Shown here: one piece after another, positions 33,243 to 42,149 of the stretch
Numbering within the stretch: position 1 is the first letter of the stretch
Layout: each line of letters starts with the position of its first letter
NCBI GenBank assembly: GCA_016182105.1
Contig: JACOXZ010000010.1
Location: forward strand, 1-62,631
Length of the DNA stretch: 62,631 nt
Reading direction: 5' to 3'
Origin: Candidatus Liptonbacteria bacterium
GTDB lineage: Bacteria > Patescibacteriota > Minisyncoccia > UBA6257 > 2-01-FULL-56-20
Notes under the pieces: generated by a model
What the model was told of the DNA's origin: nothing
What the model saw: the letters and a program-made list of their open reading frames with translations, nothing else
The model's database searches: none
Position numbers and translations under genes: made by a program

Positions 33243-34073
33243 ATGTCCATGATTGTTTGGTCGCTCAATGGCGGCCGCTTCGTGGGCAAAACGCCCGACG
33301 AAGAGCCGCAAACGCTGAAGTGGTTGAAGAGTCTTTCGGCGTCAGGAGCAATGATTCCAGATGTCCTGTGTTTGCAGGATTTTCGGGTGTCATTGCTCAA
33401 GTACCTGGGACCTCTGCCGAACTTCCACTTTTCTCCCTGGGCCAATTTTAAGATATGGGGGGAAAAGGAACTCGTGGGTATTTGTATCGCTTCAAGGTAC
33501 CAGCTCAATGACATCTCCATCCACTATACTTGGGGAGATGGCATTGTCCGTGATCTTGAAGGTATCGGTAACGACAGTCAGCGGATCAAACCTGACGATG
33601 TCGCCGACGATCTGGTGCTCAAAACGCAGAACTGTGTCGCCATCGCTTGCTCGATCAATAAAGTCGGTGACCCCAAACCATGGCGCATTGCTACACACCA
33701 CGGGCTGTGGACGCGTAACGGAGTCACAACTCCCGAACAAATGCGAAGCACCGACTCGCTCTGTAAATTCCTTTCCGAGCAAGGTCGGGGGCACGACGGC
33801 ATTGTTTATGCCGCCGACTGCAATCCCGACAAAGAAGGCAAGGTACTCTGCAGATATTCGGAAAGTGGGGGGGGCGATTATTTACCCTCGCACATCAAAA
33901 CAACACTCGCCGCACATCACCCGGCAGCGAAACTCGGCATTAAACCAGACCGCATCATGGCGTGGCCGGACAGTTCCGGCAGGTTCAAGTACGACATTAC
34001 CAACGTCTACGTGGATCCATCGCCCGGCAGTGACCATCTGATGCTTTGCTCAACGGTGAGCAGATATCCTTAA
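33243..34073 (+). CDS. endonuclease/exonuclease/phosphatase (EEP) family protein
   Basis: 276 aa. VLCLQDF near the N-terminus and PGSDHLML near the C-terminus (EEP catalytic motifs). Confidence 0.7.
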   Translation: MSMIVWSLNGGRFVGKTPDEEPQTLKWLKSLSASGAMIPDVLCLQDFRVSLLKYLGPLPNFHFSPWANFKIWGEKELVGICIASRYQLNDISIHYTWGDGIVRDLEGIGNDSQRIKPDDVADDLVLKTQNCVAIACSINKVGDPKPWRIATHHGLWTRNGVTTPEQMRSTDSLCKFLSEQGRGHDGIVYAADCNPDKEGKVLCRYSESGGGDYLPSHIKTTLAAHHPAAKLGIKPDRIMAWPDSSGRFKYDITNVYVDPSPGSDHLMLCSTVSRYP

Positions 34074-34076
34074 GGA

Positions 34077-34115
34077 AAGGCGTTAGTTTTCTTCAGAGAA
34101 CTAGCGCCTTTTTTA
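34077..34115. terminator. terminator hairpin between convergent genes
   Basis: AGGCGTTAGTT...AACTAGCGCCT followed by TTTTTT. Confidence 0.65.
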
Positions 34116-34116
34116 T

Positions 34117-35151
34117 TTACAGAAGAGTTAAATTCGGCGCAAGATGCAATTCCTCAAACGTTAATGCGCGAGTAATAGCTGGCTTATGCATGACGCGCAA
34201 CACTGCATTCGCGATATCCACCTTGGTCGGATAATAGAATTCGGTGAGTGCTGTCGAAGTCGGACAGGGAACATTAGGGCAAGAGAGAGCGCTTGGCGCT
34301 TCCCGCAATTGCAGCGATTTCTGGGCTACTTTGGAGATAATTTCGGATCCGACACTGAATGCGCCGTTCGTAGTGTCTACCGTAAGAAGTCGTCCCGTCT
34401 TCCGCATCGAAGCAAAAATCGTTTCGTAATCAACTGGGTTCAGGGAAACAAGATCGATTAATTCAACGCTCACCTGTTCTCCAAGAAGAGAAAGTGCTTC
34501 GTAAGCGGCAACGAAACCATCGCCGTAGGCGAGAACGGTTATGTCCTTGCCCGGAACCGCCACCTTTGCATATCCCAGAGGTTCGGTGTAAAGCTCGATT
34601 GGCACATCTTGTTTCACTGGGAAGATCCACCGAGACTCCAGCATGACCACGGGATTATTGTCGCGGAGAGCGGAAACTAGGAGTCCCTTTGCCATGCGGG
34701 GCGTTGACGGTATCACCACCTTGAGGCCGAGCGCGTTCCCAAACAATGCGTAGAGCGACTGTGTATGCTGGGGGCCATTGCCCCACTGCCTTCCGACGTT
34801 GATACGGAGCACTATCGGCACCGGATTGCCTCCGCCAAACATATAGTTCCATTTTGCCGCTTGGGTAATTATCTGGTCAGCGGCCAATAAACTGAACTCC
34901 ACTCTGCCATGGTGCACGATAGGCCTAAGTCCATTGATCGCCGCCCCAACGGCCATGCCGGTAAAACCGCCCTCTGAGTCCGGCACGTCGAAAACTCGCT
35001 CGGGATATTTTGACGCGAGTCCGGTCGCAGTACCGTCCGCGGCATTTCTATAGGTAGCACCCAGACCAACGAAAAAAATATTTTTGTCGGCCTCCATCAT
35101 CTGGTCCGTGGCTTCTCTGAGAGCCTCGGTAAATTTTATGATTCTAGGCAT
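34117..35151 (-). CDS. TPP-enzyme E1 beta subunit (transketolase-like pyrimidine-binding + C-terminal domains)
   Basis: 344 aa. VFDVPDSEGGFTGMAVGAAINGLRPIV...VVMLESR. Confidence 0.85.
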   Translation of the reverse strand: MPRIIKFTEALREATDQMMEADKNIFFVGLGATYRNAADGTATGLASKYPERVFDVPDSEGGFTGMAVGAAINGLRPIVHHGRVEFSLLAADQIITQAAKWNYMFGGGNPVPIVLRINVGRQWGNGPQHTQSLYALFGNALGLKVVIPSTPRMAKGLLVSALRDNNPVVMLESRWIFPVKQDVPIELYTEPLGYAKVAVPGKDITVLAYGDGFVAAYEALSLLGEQVSVELIDLVSLNPVDYETIFASMRKTGRLLTVDTTNGAFSVGSEIISKVAQKSLQLREAPSALSCPNVPCPTSTALTEFYYPTKVDIANAVLRVMHKPAITRALTFEELHLAPNLTLL

Positions 35152-35152
35152 A

Positions 35153-35280
35153 CCCCGTAGGAAATTAAATATTTTCCGTTAGCGTCTGACGACCTTGTAG
35201 TGTGTTTGGGGAATGATTTCATATTTGTTGATTTTAGCTTTAGCTCGAAAATATTTATTTTCTCGCTATTTCCTACGGGG
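35153..35280. repeat. stop/start-bridging inverted-repeat element, copy 4 (variant termini)
   Basis: CCCCGTAGGAAAT...ATTTCCTACGGGG (13-bp arms). The upstream stop TAG lies inside the arm and the downstream ATG is 1 nt outside. Confidence 0.8.
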
Positions 35281-36223
35281 CATATAAATCGGTATAAAGA
35301 CTCTCTTTGGGCGGATAAGACGCATTCAGAGCAAAATCAATACTATCCTGAACGGTCTTTTTAATGCCGTCTTCAGCACTTACGATTTCCTGCTCCGAAA
35401 CGCCGCCGTGGAGAACGGCCTGCCTCATCTTCTTTATGGAATCTTTTTTTAATCTGTTCTCTGCGGTATCTTCCTCTCGGTACTCCTCTTCAAAAATCGG
35501 ACCGCTGTGCGCCATATGCCTGTAGGTCATACATTCGAGAACGGCGGGGTGGCCCATCCGTGCGCCAGCTATAAGTTTTTTTGCTTTTCCCAGAACATCC
35601 TCGTAATCATTGCCGTCGGCTTTGACGTATTGAATCCCAAAACCAGTTACGATTCCTTGAACATGGTGCGCGTCCGATCTCCTGTCTTTCAATTTGGAGT
35701 TTGTGGAGAATAAATTATTTTCAACCACCAATATCAACGGTAATTTGAATAATGCGGCGAGGTTAAACGTCTCATATACTATGCCTTCTTCGAAGGCTCC
35801 GTCGCCCAAGAAAACAACGGTCACGTCCGGCTTATTATTGTACTTTTGTTCAAAAGCAGTGCCGCACGCGAGCGGTACTACGCTTCCCAAAATCGGCGTT
35901 GAACCCATAAAATTCACCGATCGATCCATCATGTGCATAGAACCGCCCTTGCCACGGGAAGAACCGTTCTCCTTCCCTAAAAGCTCACAAATCATTTTTT
36001 TTAGATCGCCGCCTTTCGCCAAGTAATGACCGTGGGAACGATGATTGCCTAAAACCTTATCTTCTTTCTTGAGGGCGTCGCAAACGCCGACGGCTACCGC
36101 CTCTTGGCCAATGTAGAAATGGACGAAACTCATGATCTTCTCTTTCAGATATAGCGCGACCAGTTCTTCTTCCGCCGTCCGTATCAGGAACATTTTTTTG
36201 TAGGCCTCGAAGAGCGTGTTCAT
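35273..36223 (-). CDS. TPP-dependent dehydrogenase E1 alpha subunit
   Basis: 316 aa. GQEAVAVGV...GKGGSMH...VVFLGDGAFEEGIVYETFNLAALFKLPLILVVENN. Confidence 0.85.
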   Translation of the reverse strand: MNTLFEAYKKMFLIRTAEEELVALYLKEKIMSFVHFYIGQEAVAVGVCDALKKEDKVLGNHRSHGHYLAKGGDLKKMICELLGKENGSSRGKGGSMHMMDRSVNFMGSTPILGSVVPLACGTAFEQKYNNKPDVTVVFLGDGAFEEGIVYETFNLAALFKLPLILVVENNLFSTNSKLKDRRSDAHHVQGIVTGFGIQYVKADGNDYEDVLGKAKKLIAGARMGHPAVLECMTYRHMAHSGPIFEEEYREEDTAENRLKKDSIKKMRQAVLHGGVSEQEIVSAEDGIKKTVQDSIDFALNASYPPKESLYTDLYAP

Positions 36224-37266
36224 TGGTTCTCAAAATCGATCATAATACGATTCGCCTTGCCTTGCCGCATCATCTGAATGGCGTCATTTATGTTATCTAA
36301 CGTCGTGCGGTGCGTAATAAGGTTATCGATATCTAATGAGCCGGCTTTGAAAAGTTTTACATAGCGCGGAATGTCTTTGCTCGGCAAAAATCCTCCGCCT
36401 TGAGTCGCTCTAATGGTCTTGCCATCGCTTACGCCGAATAGATGGTTCGGGTTCTTTATCTCTATACTCTCCCCCGGCTTCACGAAACCGACTAAAACGT
36501 AGCGTCCACCATTGCCGAGAAGCGGAATGGTATCCGTAATACTTCGCGCATTCCCGGAGGCATCGAAGATAACATCAATGTCTTTTATGCCAAGCTCGCG
36601 CTGCGTCGCTTCCGAAATATTTTCCCTAGCGGCGTTGATGAATAAGTTGCCGTGTAGCGATGCGACTATGTCTTTTTTGTCCTCGAACACATCAACACCT
36701 ATGATAGGGCTCGCGCCCGCTGAAAGAGCGGCCTTAATCAAACAGGCGCCGAGGCCCCCGAGGCCGACAACCATAACGCTTTCGCCGGACCGCACCCTCG
36801 CTTCGTTTAGAACAGTGCCGAGCGCCGTCGAGAGACCGCAGCCAAGGAGTGCGCAAAAATCATTCGGAACCTCGCGTGGCACTGGAGTAATACGATTTTC
36901 CGACACAATTGAATACTCGCTAAAAGTCGTTGACTTCCCGCTTCGTATGGTTTTTCCTCTAAACACATAGGTGGGAAAGTCGGCTTCAATACCGTCACCT
37001 TTGCGCCAGTGTATAACCACCTTATCGCCCTTCTTTACTTTTGTGACACCCGCACCCAAGTTTTCCACGATGCCACACCCTTCGTGGCCCAATAAATGAG
37101 GAGTGAATTTCGCATTATTTCTGTTGCCCGCAATTTCATGGAGCTGTGTGCCGCAAATACCGCTCACAAGTATCTTCACGAGCACTTGTCCGACGGCGAG
37201 GTCGCCAAGCCCTACATCCGCCACGGTCAAAGGGGCGTTTATTTTCTCCAATACAGCGGCTTTCAT
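36220..37266 (-). CDS. zinc-dependent alcohol dehydrogenase (MDR family)
   Basis: GICGTQLHE...LGHEGCGIVENLG...VVGLGGLG. Confidence 0.85.
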   Translation of the reverse strand: MKAAVLEKINAPLTVADVGLGDLAVGQVLVKILVSGICGTQLHEIAGNRNNAKFTPHLLGHEGCGIVENLGAGVTKVKKGDKVVIHWRKGDGIEADFPTYVFRGKTIRSGKSTTFSEYSIVSENRITPVPREVPNDFCALLGCGLSTALGTVLNEARVRSGESVMVVGLGGLGACLIKAALSAGASPIIGVDVFEDKKDIVASLHGNLFINAARENISEATQRELGIKDIDVIFDASGNARSITDTIPLLGNGGRYVLVGFVKPGESIEIKNPNHLFGVSDGKTIRATQGGGFLPSKDIPRYVKLFKAGSLDIDNLITHRTTLDNINDAIQMMRQGKANRIMIDFENQ

Positions 37267-37343
37267 GCGCGTATTTTATTTGTTTTTATAGATTAACTTC
37301 TATTGCAAAGACGAGTATCTTTGTAGTCTTGAACTTTTCGACT

Positions 37344-37371
37344 ATTATACAAGGAGTCCATAAAAACTCAA
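37344..37371 (-). promoter_or_regulatory. sigma70-type promoter of the ADH-E1alpha-E1beta operon
   Basis: Minus sense TTGAGT-16 nt-TATAAT. Confidence 0.7.
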
Positions 37372-37474
37372 GTTTTTTCAGGTCCGGTTCTAATCATTTC
37401 CGCTCCTGTGCGCTTTTAATCTGGATCAATTTATACCAAACTTCAAATAAAATTAAATATGCTGAAAAACTTTT

Positions 37475-38266
37475 ATGGTTTCTAAAAAGATTCTAAAAAA
37501 TAAAATAAAGCAGGCCTTCCCTTTTTTGACCCCCGCCTACCGTTTCCTCAAATACGGGGTTAGGATCATGCGCTGGGTTCCAACATATGACGAGGATGAT
37601 TTAATTACAAATCACCTCTGCGATTTTTTAGAGGACGACCGCTTTATTAAAAGCCTTGCAACGACAGAAAAAGAAGGGCATCTTCAACTCGGCTATGTGG
37701 TGAGATGGCGGCTCTATACAGCCTGCTGGGCGGCAGATCACGCGAAAAACCTAGACGGAGATTTCGTGGAGTGCGGTGTGGCATATGGCGCAACAAGCCG
37801 CATGATTATGGAGTACATCGGCTTCAAAAATATAAGTAAGAAATTTTATCTCCTGGATACGTATGAAGGATTGGATGAGCGATATCTTTCTCAAGACGAA
37901 CGCTTACGTCTAGTAGAGTATAAAAAAACAGGAAGCTACCCCTACACGTCGGCCATGTATCCATTCGTAAAAAAGGCGTTTGGCTCATTCCCTAACGTAA
38001 CTATCGTAAAAGGAGCGGTACCTGAAACCTTGGGACAGGTGAAGTCGGAGAAAATAGCATATCTACATATTGATATGAACTGCACCGTGCCGGAAATAGC
38101 GGCGGCTGAATACTTCTGGCCCAAAATGGTGAAGGGGGCCGTAATGCTTTTGGATGACTACGGATTCGCCCGGGAACAGCACGACGCGTTCGACAAGTTT
38201 GCCAAAGAAAGGAGCATAGGCATTCTTTCCCTGCCTACCGGGCAAGGGTTGATGATAAAGCCCTAG
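37475..38266 (+). CDS. TylF/MycF-type O-methyltransferase
   Basis: ECGVAYGATS...LLDTYEGL...VKGAVPETL...YLHIDMN...LLDDYGF. Confidence 0.8.
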   Translation: MVSKKILKNKIKQAFPFLTPAYRFLKYGVRIMRWVPTYDEDDLITNHLCDFLEDDRFIKSLATTEKEGHLQLGYVVRWRLYTACWAADHAKNLDGDFVECGVAYGATSRMIMEYIGFKNISKKFYLLDTYEGLDERYLSQDERLRLVEYKKTGSYPYTSAMYPFVKKAFGSFPNVTIVKGAVPETLGQVKSEKIAYLHIDMNCTVPEIAAAEYFWPKMVKGAVMLLDDYGFAREQHDAFDKFAKERSIGILSLPTGQGLMIKP

Positions 38267-39246
38267 GCGGTTTTTATCTTGTCGTACCAATAATCCAAAA
38301 GTTTCCTTAGGGTCTCCTCAATGGAAATCTTGGGAGCCCAGCCGGTGAGATTCCTGCACTTTGAAGTGTCGCAAATCTGGACCGGAATATCGATGGGCCT
38401 CACTAATTTGGGATCCACTCTTTTTTCCACTTTACCCGTGAGCCCCTCCATCGAGAGCATCTTATCCAGAACCTCACCAATCGTGTATGGCGTATCTCCG
38501 CCAACGTTGTAGGCTTCTCCGGGAGAAAACTTCTGCATTAAAAGATAATAAGCCTTAACGCAATCCGTCACGTCCATAATGACCCGTTTGCTTGATAGGG
38601 TTCCCACGTTAATGACCGGATCCTGAAATCCTTTTTTGACGCGCACGATCTGGTAAGCATCCGAGGAAATTGAAAAGTTCTTGCCCCGCCTCGGACCAGT
38701 ATGAGAAAACGCTCGTGTGACAAAAAAAGGCAATTTAAGAGATCTGGCCCTTTCCCGAACATAGGTATCGGCCGCGGCCTTGCTTATGCCGTAAGGATTC
38801 ACCGGATCTATGGGAAATTTTTCGTTAATTGGTCCGGCAGATTCCGCGGGCGCTCCGTATACTTCTGACGTGGAACAAAACATCAATTTGCAGGCCGGCT
38901 GATATTCGGCTATCGCTTCCACAACGTTCACGGTTCCAACCGCATTAGCCTCGAAAGTTCCTCTCGGGTCGACAAAGCTCGTCGGCGGATGACTTTGGGC
39001 CGCCAAATGGAAAACTCCGTCAAAACGATTGTTCTTAAAAACTGCGTCGGTTAATCCGCGGCTGGTTAAATCTCCATATAAAAATTTGATCTTGTTGTAA
39101 TTTTTATCCGGGACTACGTCAAGGATGTCGGCTTCCATGCCGTTAGAAGAACGAACCAAACCGTAAACTTCGTGGTTTTCTTGAACCAGTAAATTCGCCA
39201 AATGTGGTCCGGCAAAGCCGGTAATTCCGGTTATTAAGTACTTCAT
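38263..39246 (-). CDS. GDP-mannose 4,6-dehydratase / GDP-4-keto-6-deoxymannose reductase-like SDR
   Basis: MKYLITGITGFAGPHLANLL...HLAAQSH...YGISK. Confidence 0.75.
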   Translation of the reverse strand: MKYLITGITGFAGPHLANLLVQENHEVYGLVRSSNGMEADILDVVPDKNYNKIKFLYGDLTSRGLTDAVFKNNRFDGVFHLAAQSHPPTSFVDPRGTFEANAVGTVNVVEAIAEYQPACKLMFCSTSEVYGAPAESAGPINEKFPIDPVNPYGISKAAADTYVRERARSLKLPFFVTRAFSHTGPRRGKNFSISSDAYQIVRVKKGFQDPVINVGTLSSKRVIMDVTDCVKAYYLLMQKFSPGEAYNVGGDTPYTIGEVLDKMLSMEGLTGKVEKRVDPKLVRPIDIPVQICDTSKCRNLTGWAPKISIEETLRKLLDYWYDKIKTA

Positions 39247-39288
39247 TTGTCAAATAATATCACAATTTCAACCGGAATGCAAGAAGGT

Positions 39289-39867
39289 TCACGATTTTTC
39301 ATCGACGAACTCGCACCAGATGTGATAGATAAGTTCATGTATTTCCTGGATACGCGCAGTTTCTTCGGTCGGAACAATAATCGCCGCATCAACAACGTTT
39401 TTCAAATCTTTCCCCTTGCCACCGGTAAGCGCGATAATTTTTAAACCTTTCTTTTTAGCTGCCTGGATCGCGTTCAATATATTCTTGGATTTTCCACTTG
39501 TCGTGAAAACGACCAAGATATCTCCACTATTACCAAGCGCCTCAACTTGTCTCGCAAAAACATTTTCAAAACCGTAATCATTACCGATTGCCGTTAAAGC
39601 CGAGGTATCGACTGTGAGGGCGACTGCCGCGAGCGGTGGGCGGTCATCTTTATACCTGCAGACCCACTCAGCCGCCAGGTGTTGCGCGTCTGCGGCCGAC
39701 CCGCCATTGCCGCACGCTAGTATTTTACGCCCGGCATTTACAACCCCGAGCAACATCTCCGCGGACTTTTGGATTTCCGGTAAAAGCTGCGCCAGACTTT
39801 CTTCAACAGTTTTTGCGTGCCGGAGAAAGGCCTCCCTAATAATTGGATTCGGACTGTTATTTTGCAT
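39289..39867 (-). CDS. gmhA: D-sedoheptulose 7-phosphate isomerase
   Basis: ILACGNGGSAADAQHLAAE...VFTTSGKSKNIL...IQEIHEL. Confidence 0.9.
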   Translation of the reverse strand: MQNNSPNPIIREAFLRHAKTVEESLAQLLPEIQKSAEMLLGVVNAGRKILACGNGGSAADAQHLAAEWVCRYKDDRPPLAAVALTVDTSALTAIGNDYGFENVFARQVEALGNSGDILVVFTTSGKSKNILNAIQAAKKKGLKIIALTGGKGKDLKNVVDAAIIVPTEETARIQEIHELIYHIWCEFVDEKS

Positions 39868-39921
39868 AAAAAGGCTTGAAACTATTGATTTATTAGAGGA
39901 TACTTCTATATATAAAATACC

Positions 39922-40401
39922 ATGAAAAAAGCGAAAGTTAGAAGCCTCGGTGAAATCGCAAAAATAGCCAAGCGTGCAAAGGATAAAGGATTAAAAGTCG
40001 TAACTACGAACGGCTGCTTCGACCTCATTCACGTCGGCCACATAAGAAATCTGGAGCGCGCCAGGTCGCTCGGAGATGTTCTTATAGTAGGAATAAATTC
40101 GGACAGCTCGGTCAAGAAACTCAAGGGTAAAAATCGTCCGATCATAACGGCAATAGAGCGGGCTGAGGTTATAGGATCGCTCTCATCGGTCGATTATGTA
40201 TTTATTTTCGCGGATCTCGCGCCGACCAGATGGCTCGCCAAAGTAAAACCAGACGTCCACGTAAAGGGCGGGGATAGAAAGATCCATGAAATACCGGAAA
40301 GGCACTTACTAAAAAAAATCGGCGCAAAACTGATATTCCTCCCCATCAGAAAGGGCAGGTCAACATCCGCCTTGATCGAAAAAATAAAAAAATACGCCTG
40401 A
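39922..40401 (+). CDS. hldC: D-beta-D-heptose 1-phosphate adenylyltransferase (RfaE domain II-type)
   Basis: VVTTNGCFDLIHVGHIRNLERA...VGINSDSS. Confidence 0.9.
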   Translation: MKKAKVRSLGEIAKIAKRAKDKGLKVVTTNGCFDLIHVGHIRNLERARSLGDVLIVGINSDSSVKKLKGKNRPIITAIERAEVIGSLSSVDYVFIFADLAPTRWLAKVKPDVHVKGGDRKIHEIPERHLLKKIGAKLIFLPIRKGRSTSALIEKIKKYA

Positions 40402-40428
40402 GATAGACGTGTCTGATGAGAGTCGCCC

Positions 40429-41211
40429 TTATTTCTTAAAGTAAAGATTTCGGGATTTGACTTTATATAGTATATGGCCGGATCTCAAAAGAGCGCCAGC
40501 AATTTCAGAATAATCCTCGCAATGCTTTGGCAGATGAAGCTCTATAACAATATACTGACTCTTTTCTAATGTTTTAATGGCCCCGCTTAATACCGGTTCT
40601 TCAAAGCCTTCGACGTCAATCTTAAGTAAGTCTATTTCTTTAATATCTTTAATTTCCTGGATATCGTCGAGGCGCCGCATTAGAACTGTGCGCTTCGTCT
40701 TTCCCCGGGTGCTCGTCAAAGAATTCGAGCTGTCCATGGTGCCGTCGTAGCTGATGTCAATATTCTTATTCTCATCCCCCAGGGCGCAATCAAAGTACGA
40801 TATCGTTTTGTATTTCGATAAGCGATCCTGCGCCGCCAAAATACACTCCTTCATCATGTCAAAGGCATAATAACGCGTATTGGGATTGAGGCGCATCCAA
40901 TATTCCGCGACTAAGCCCGTATTGCATCCCAAATCAACGATCACCGGACTGCTTTTTGACTTTAAGCGGCTGATATACGCGGGTTCGAGTACGTCTCCGT
41001 AAATGAAATCGTCAACGTAAACCGATATTTCGCTTTTCTTTTTGACGCGAATTCCTTCGGGAGTAGAAAATGGAAAAAATAATTTGGTCTGGCGCGGAAA
41101 GAAGCAACTCAACACAAGCTTGGTCCTGTTTGCAAGATCGAATTTATTACTCACAACGGCTACCTTGGCGGTGTCGCGGATTTTATTTTTTATTTTGGTT
41201 AATATGGACAC
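40429..41211 (-). CDS. FkbM-family methyltransferase
   Basis: VIVDLGCNTG...LLKIDVEGFEEPVLSGA. Confidence 0.8.
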   Translation of the reverse strand: MSILTKIKNKIRDTAKVAVVSNKFDLANRTKLVLSCFFPRQTKLFFPFSTPEGIRVKKKSEISVYVDDFIYGDVLEPAYISRLKSKSSPVIVDLGCNTGLVAEYWMRLNPNTRYYAFDMMKECILAAQDRLSKYKTISYFDCALGDENKNIDISYDGTMDSSNSLTSTRGKTKRTVLMRRLDDIQEIKDIKEIDLLKIDVEGFEEPVLSGAIKTLEKSQYIVIELHLPKHCEDYSEIAGALLRSGHILYKVKSRNLYFKK

Positions 41212-41216
41212 TTTCT

Positions 41217-42149
41217 CTAAGATCCACGTTTTTTCTTAAGAAATCTCGTTATGGATAATGCGATCTTATCAGGCGAGAGGCCGTATGTATCCCGCAAATA
41301 GTCCTGCGAACCGATGCGTGCTGGATAAACATCAGGAGCGCCCAACCTCATGAGCGTAGAATAAGCACCCTTCTCTGCCAATACTTCGGCAATCGCGCTT
41401 CCCAGACCGCCTATTACGTTGTGCTCCTCAAGACTGACGATCAGGCGGCACTCCGCTCCGATTTTTTTTATGAGCGCCGCATCAACGGGTTTTACGCTGG
41501 AAGCGCCGATTAATCTGCAGTTTATTCCCTTTTTATAAAGAATCGCGGCCGCAGCAAAGGCATTTTGCATCAGGGAACCGGTTCCGAATATCGCGACATC
41601 GCCTTTATTTGTGAAAAGTGAGAATTTCCCCAATGAAAACTTCGGCGGCTTTTTGAAAATATTCTTCTCCCCAGCCTTGCCAAGCCGTATATACATGGGA
41701 CCGCGGTAGCGCACGGCAAAATCTACAACCGCTTCGGTTTCTAAGGGATCAATTGGGACAACAACCGCCATATTGGGCAACGCTCGCATGATTGCCATGT
41801 CTTCGAGGGCCCAGTGCGTGACACCCATGTGTCCATAAGAAAACCCTCCGCCGACGCCGACAATGCGCACTGGAAGGTTATGGTAAACAACGTCATTGCG
41901 TACTTGTTCAAATGCCCGCATAGAAGCAAAAGTGGCGATAGAATAAGCAAAAACGGTCTTGCCCGCGAGCGCCATGCCCGCCGCAACCCCTATCATATTC
42001 TGCTCGGCGACGCCGGCGTTCAGGTACTGTCCGGGAAAATTATCTCTAAGCGGCTCAAACGCAGAATAGCCGAGGTCGCCAGTAATGAAAATGATATTTT
42101 TATCTTTTGTGAGCGCGCGAGAGAGCGCTCTTTGAAACGCAATTCTCAT
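41217..42149 (-). CDS. split transketolase, C-terminal (pyrimidine-binding) subunit
   Basis: LNAGVAEQNMIGVAAGMALAGK... Confidence 0.85.
   Translation of the reverse strand: MRIAFQRALSRALTKDKNIIFITGDLGYSAFEPLRDNFPGQYLNAGVAEQNMIGVAAGMALAGKTVFAYSIATFASMRAFEQVRNDVVYHNLPVRIVGVGGGFSYGHMGVTHWALEDMAIMRALPNMAVVVPIDPLETEAVVDFAVRYRGPMYIRLGKAGEKNIFKKPPKFSLGKFSLFTNKGDVAIFGTGSLMQNAFAAAAILYKKGINCRLIGASSVKPVDAALIKKIGAECRLIVSLEEHNVIGGLGSAIAEVLAEKGAYSTLMRLGAPDVYPARIGSQDYLRDTYGLSPDKIALSITRFLKKKRGS

Noticed and set aside
33361-34041. 226-aa plus-strand ORF and the minus-strand ORFs at 33176-33802
   Set aside because: They are alternative frames overlapping the EEP-family gene (33243-34073), which has an RBS, a promoter and the catalytic motifs.
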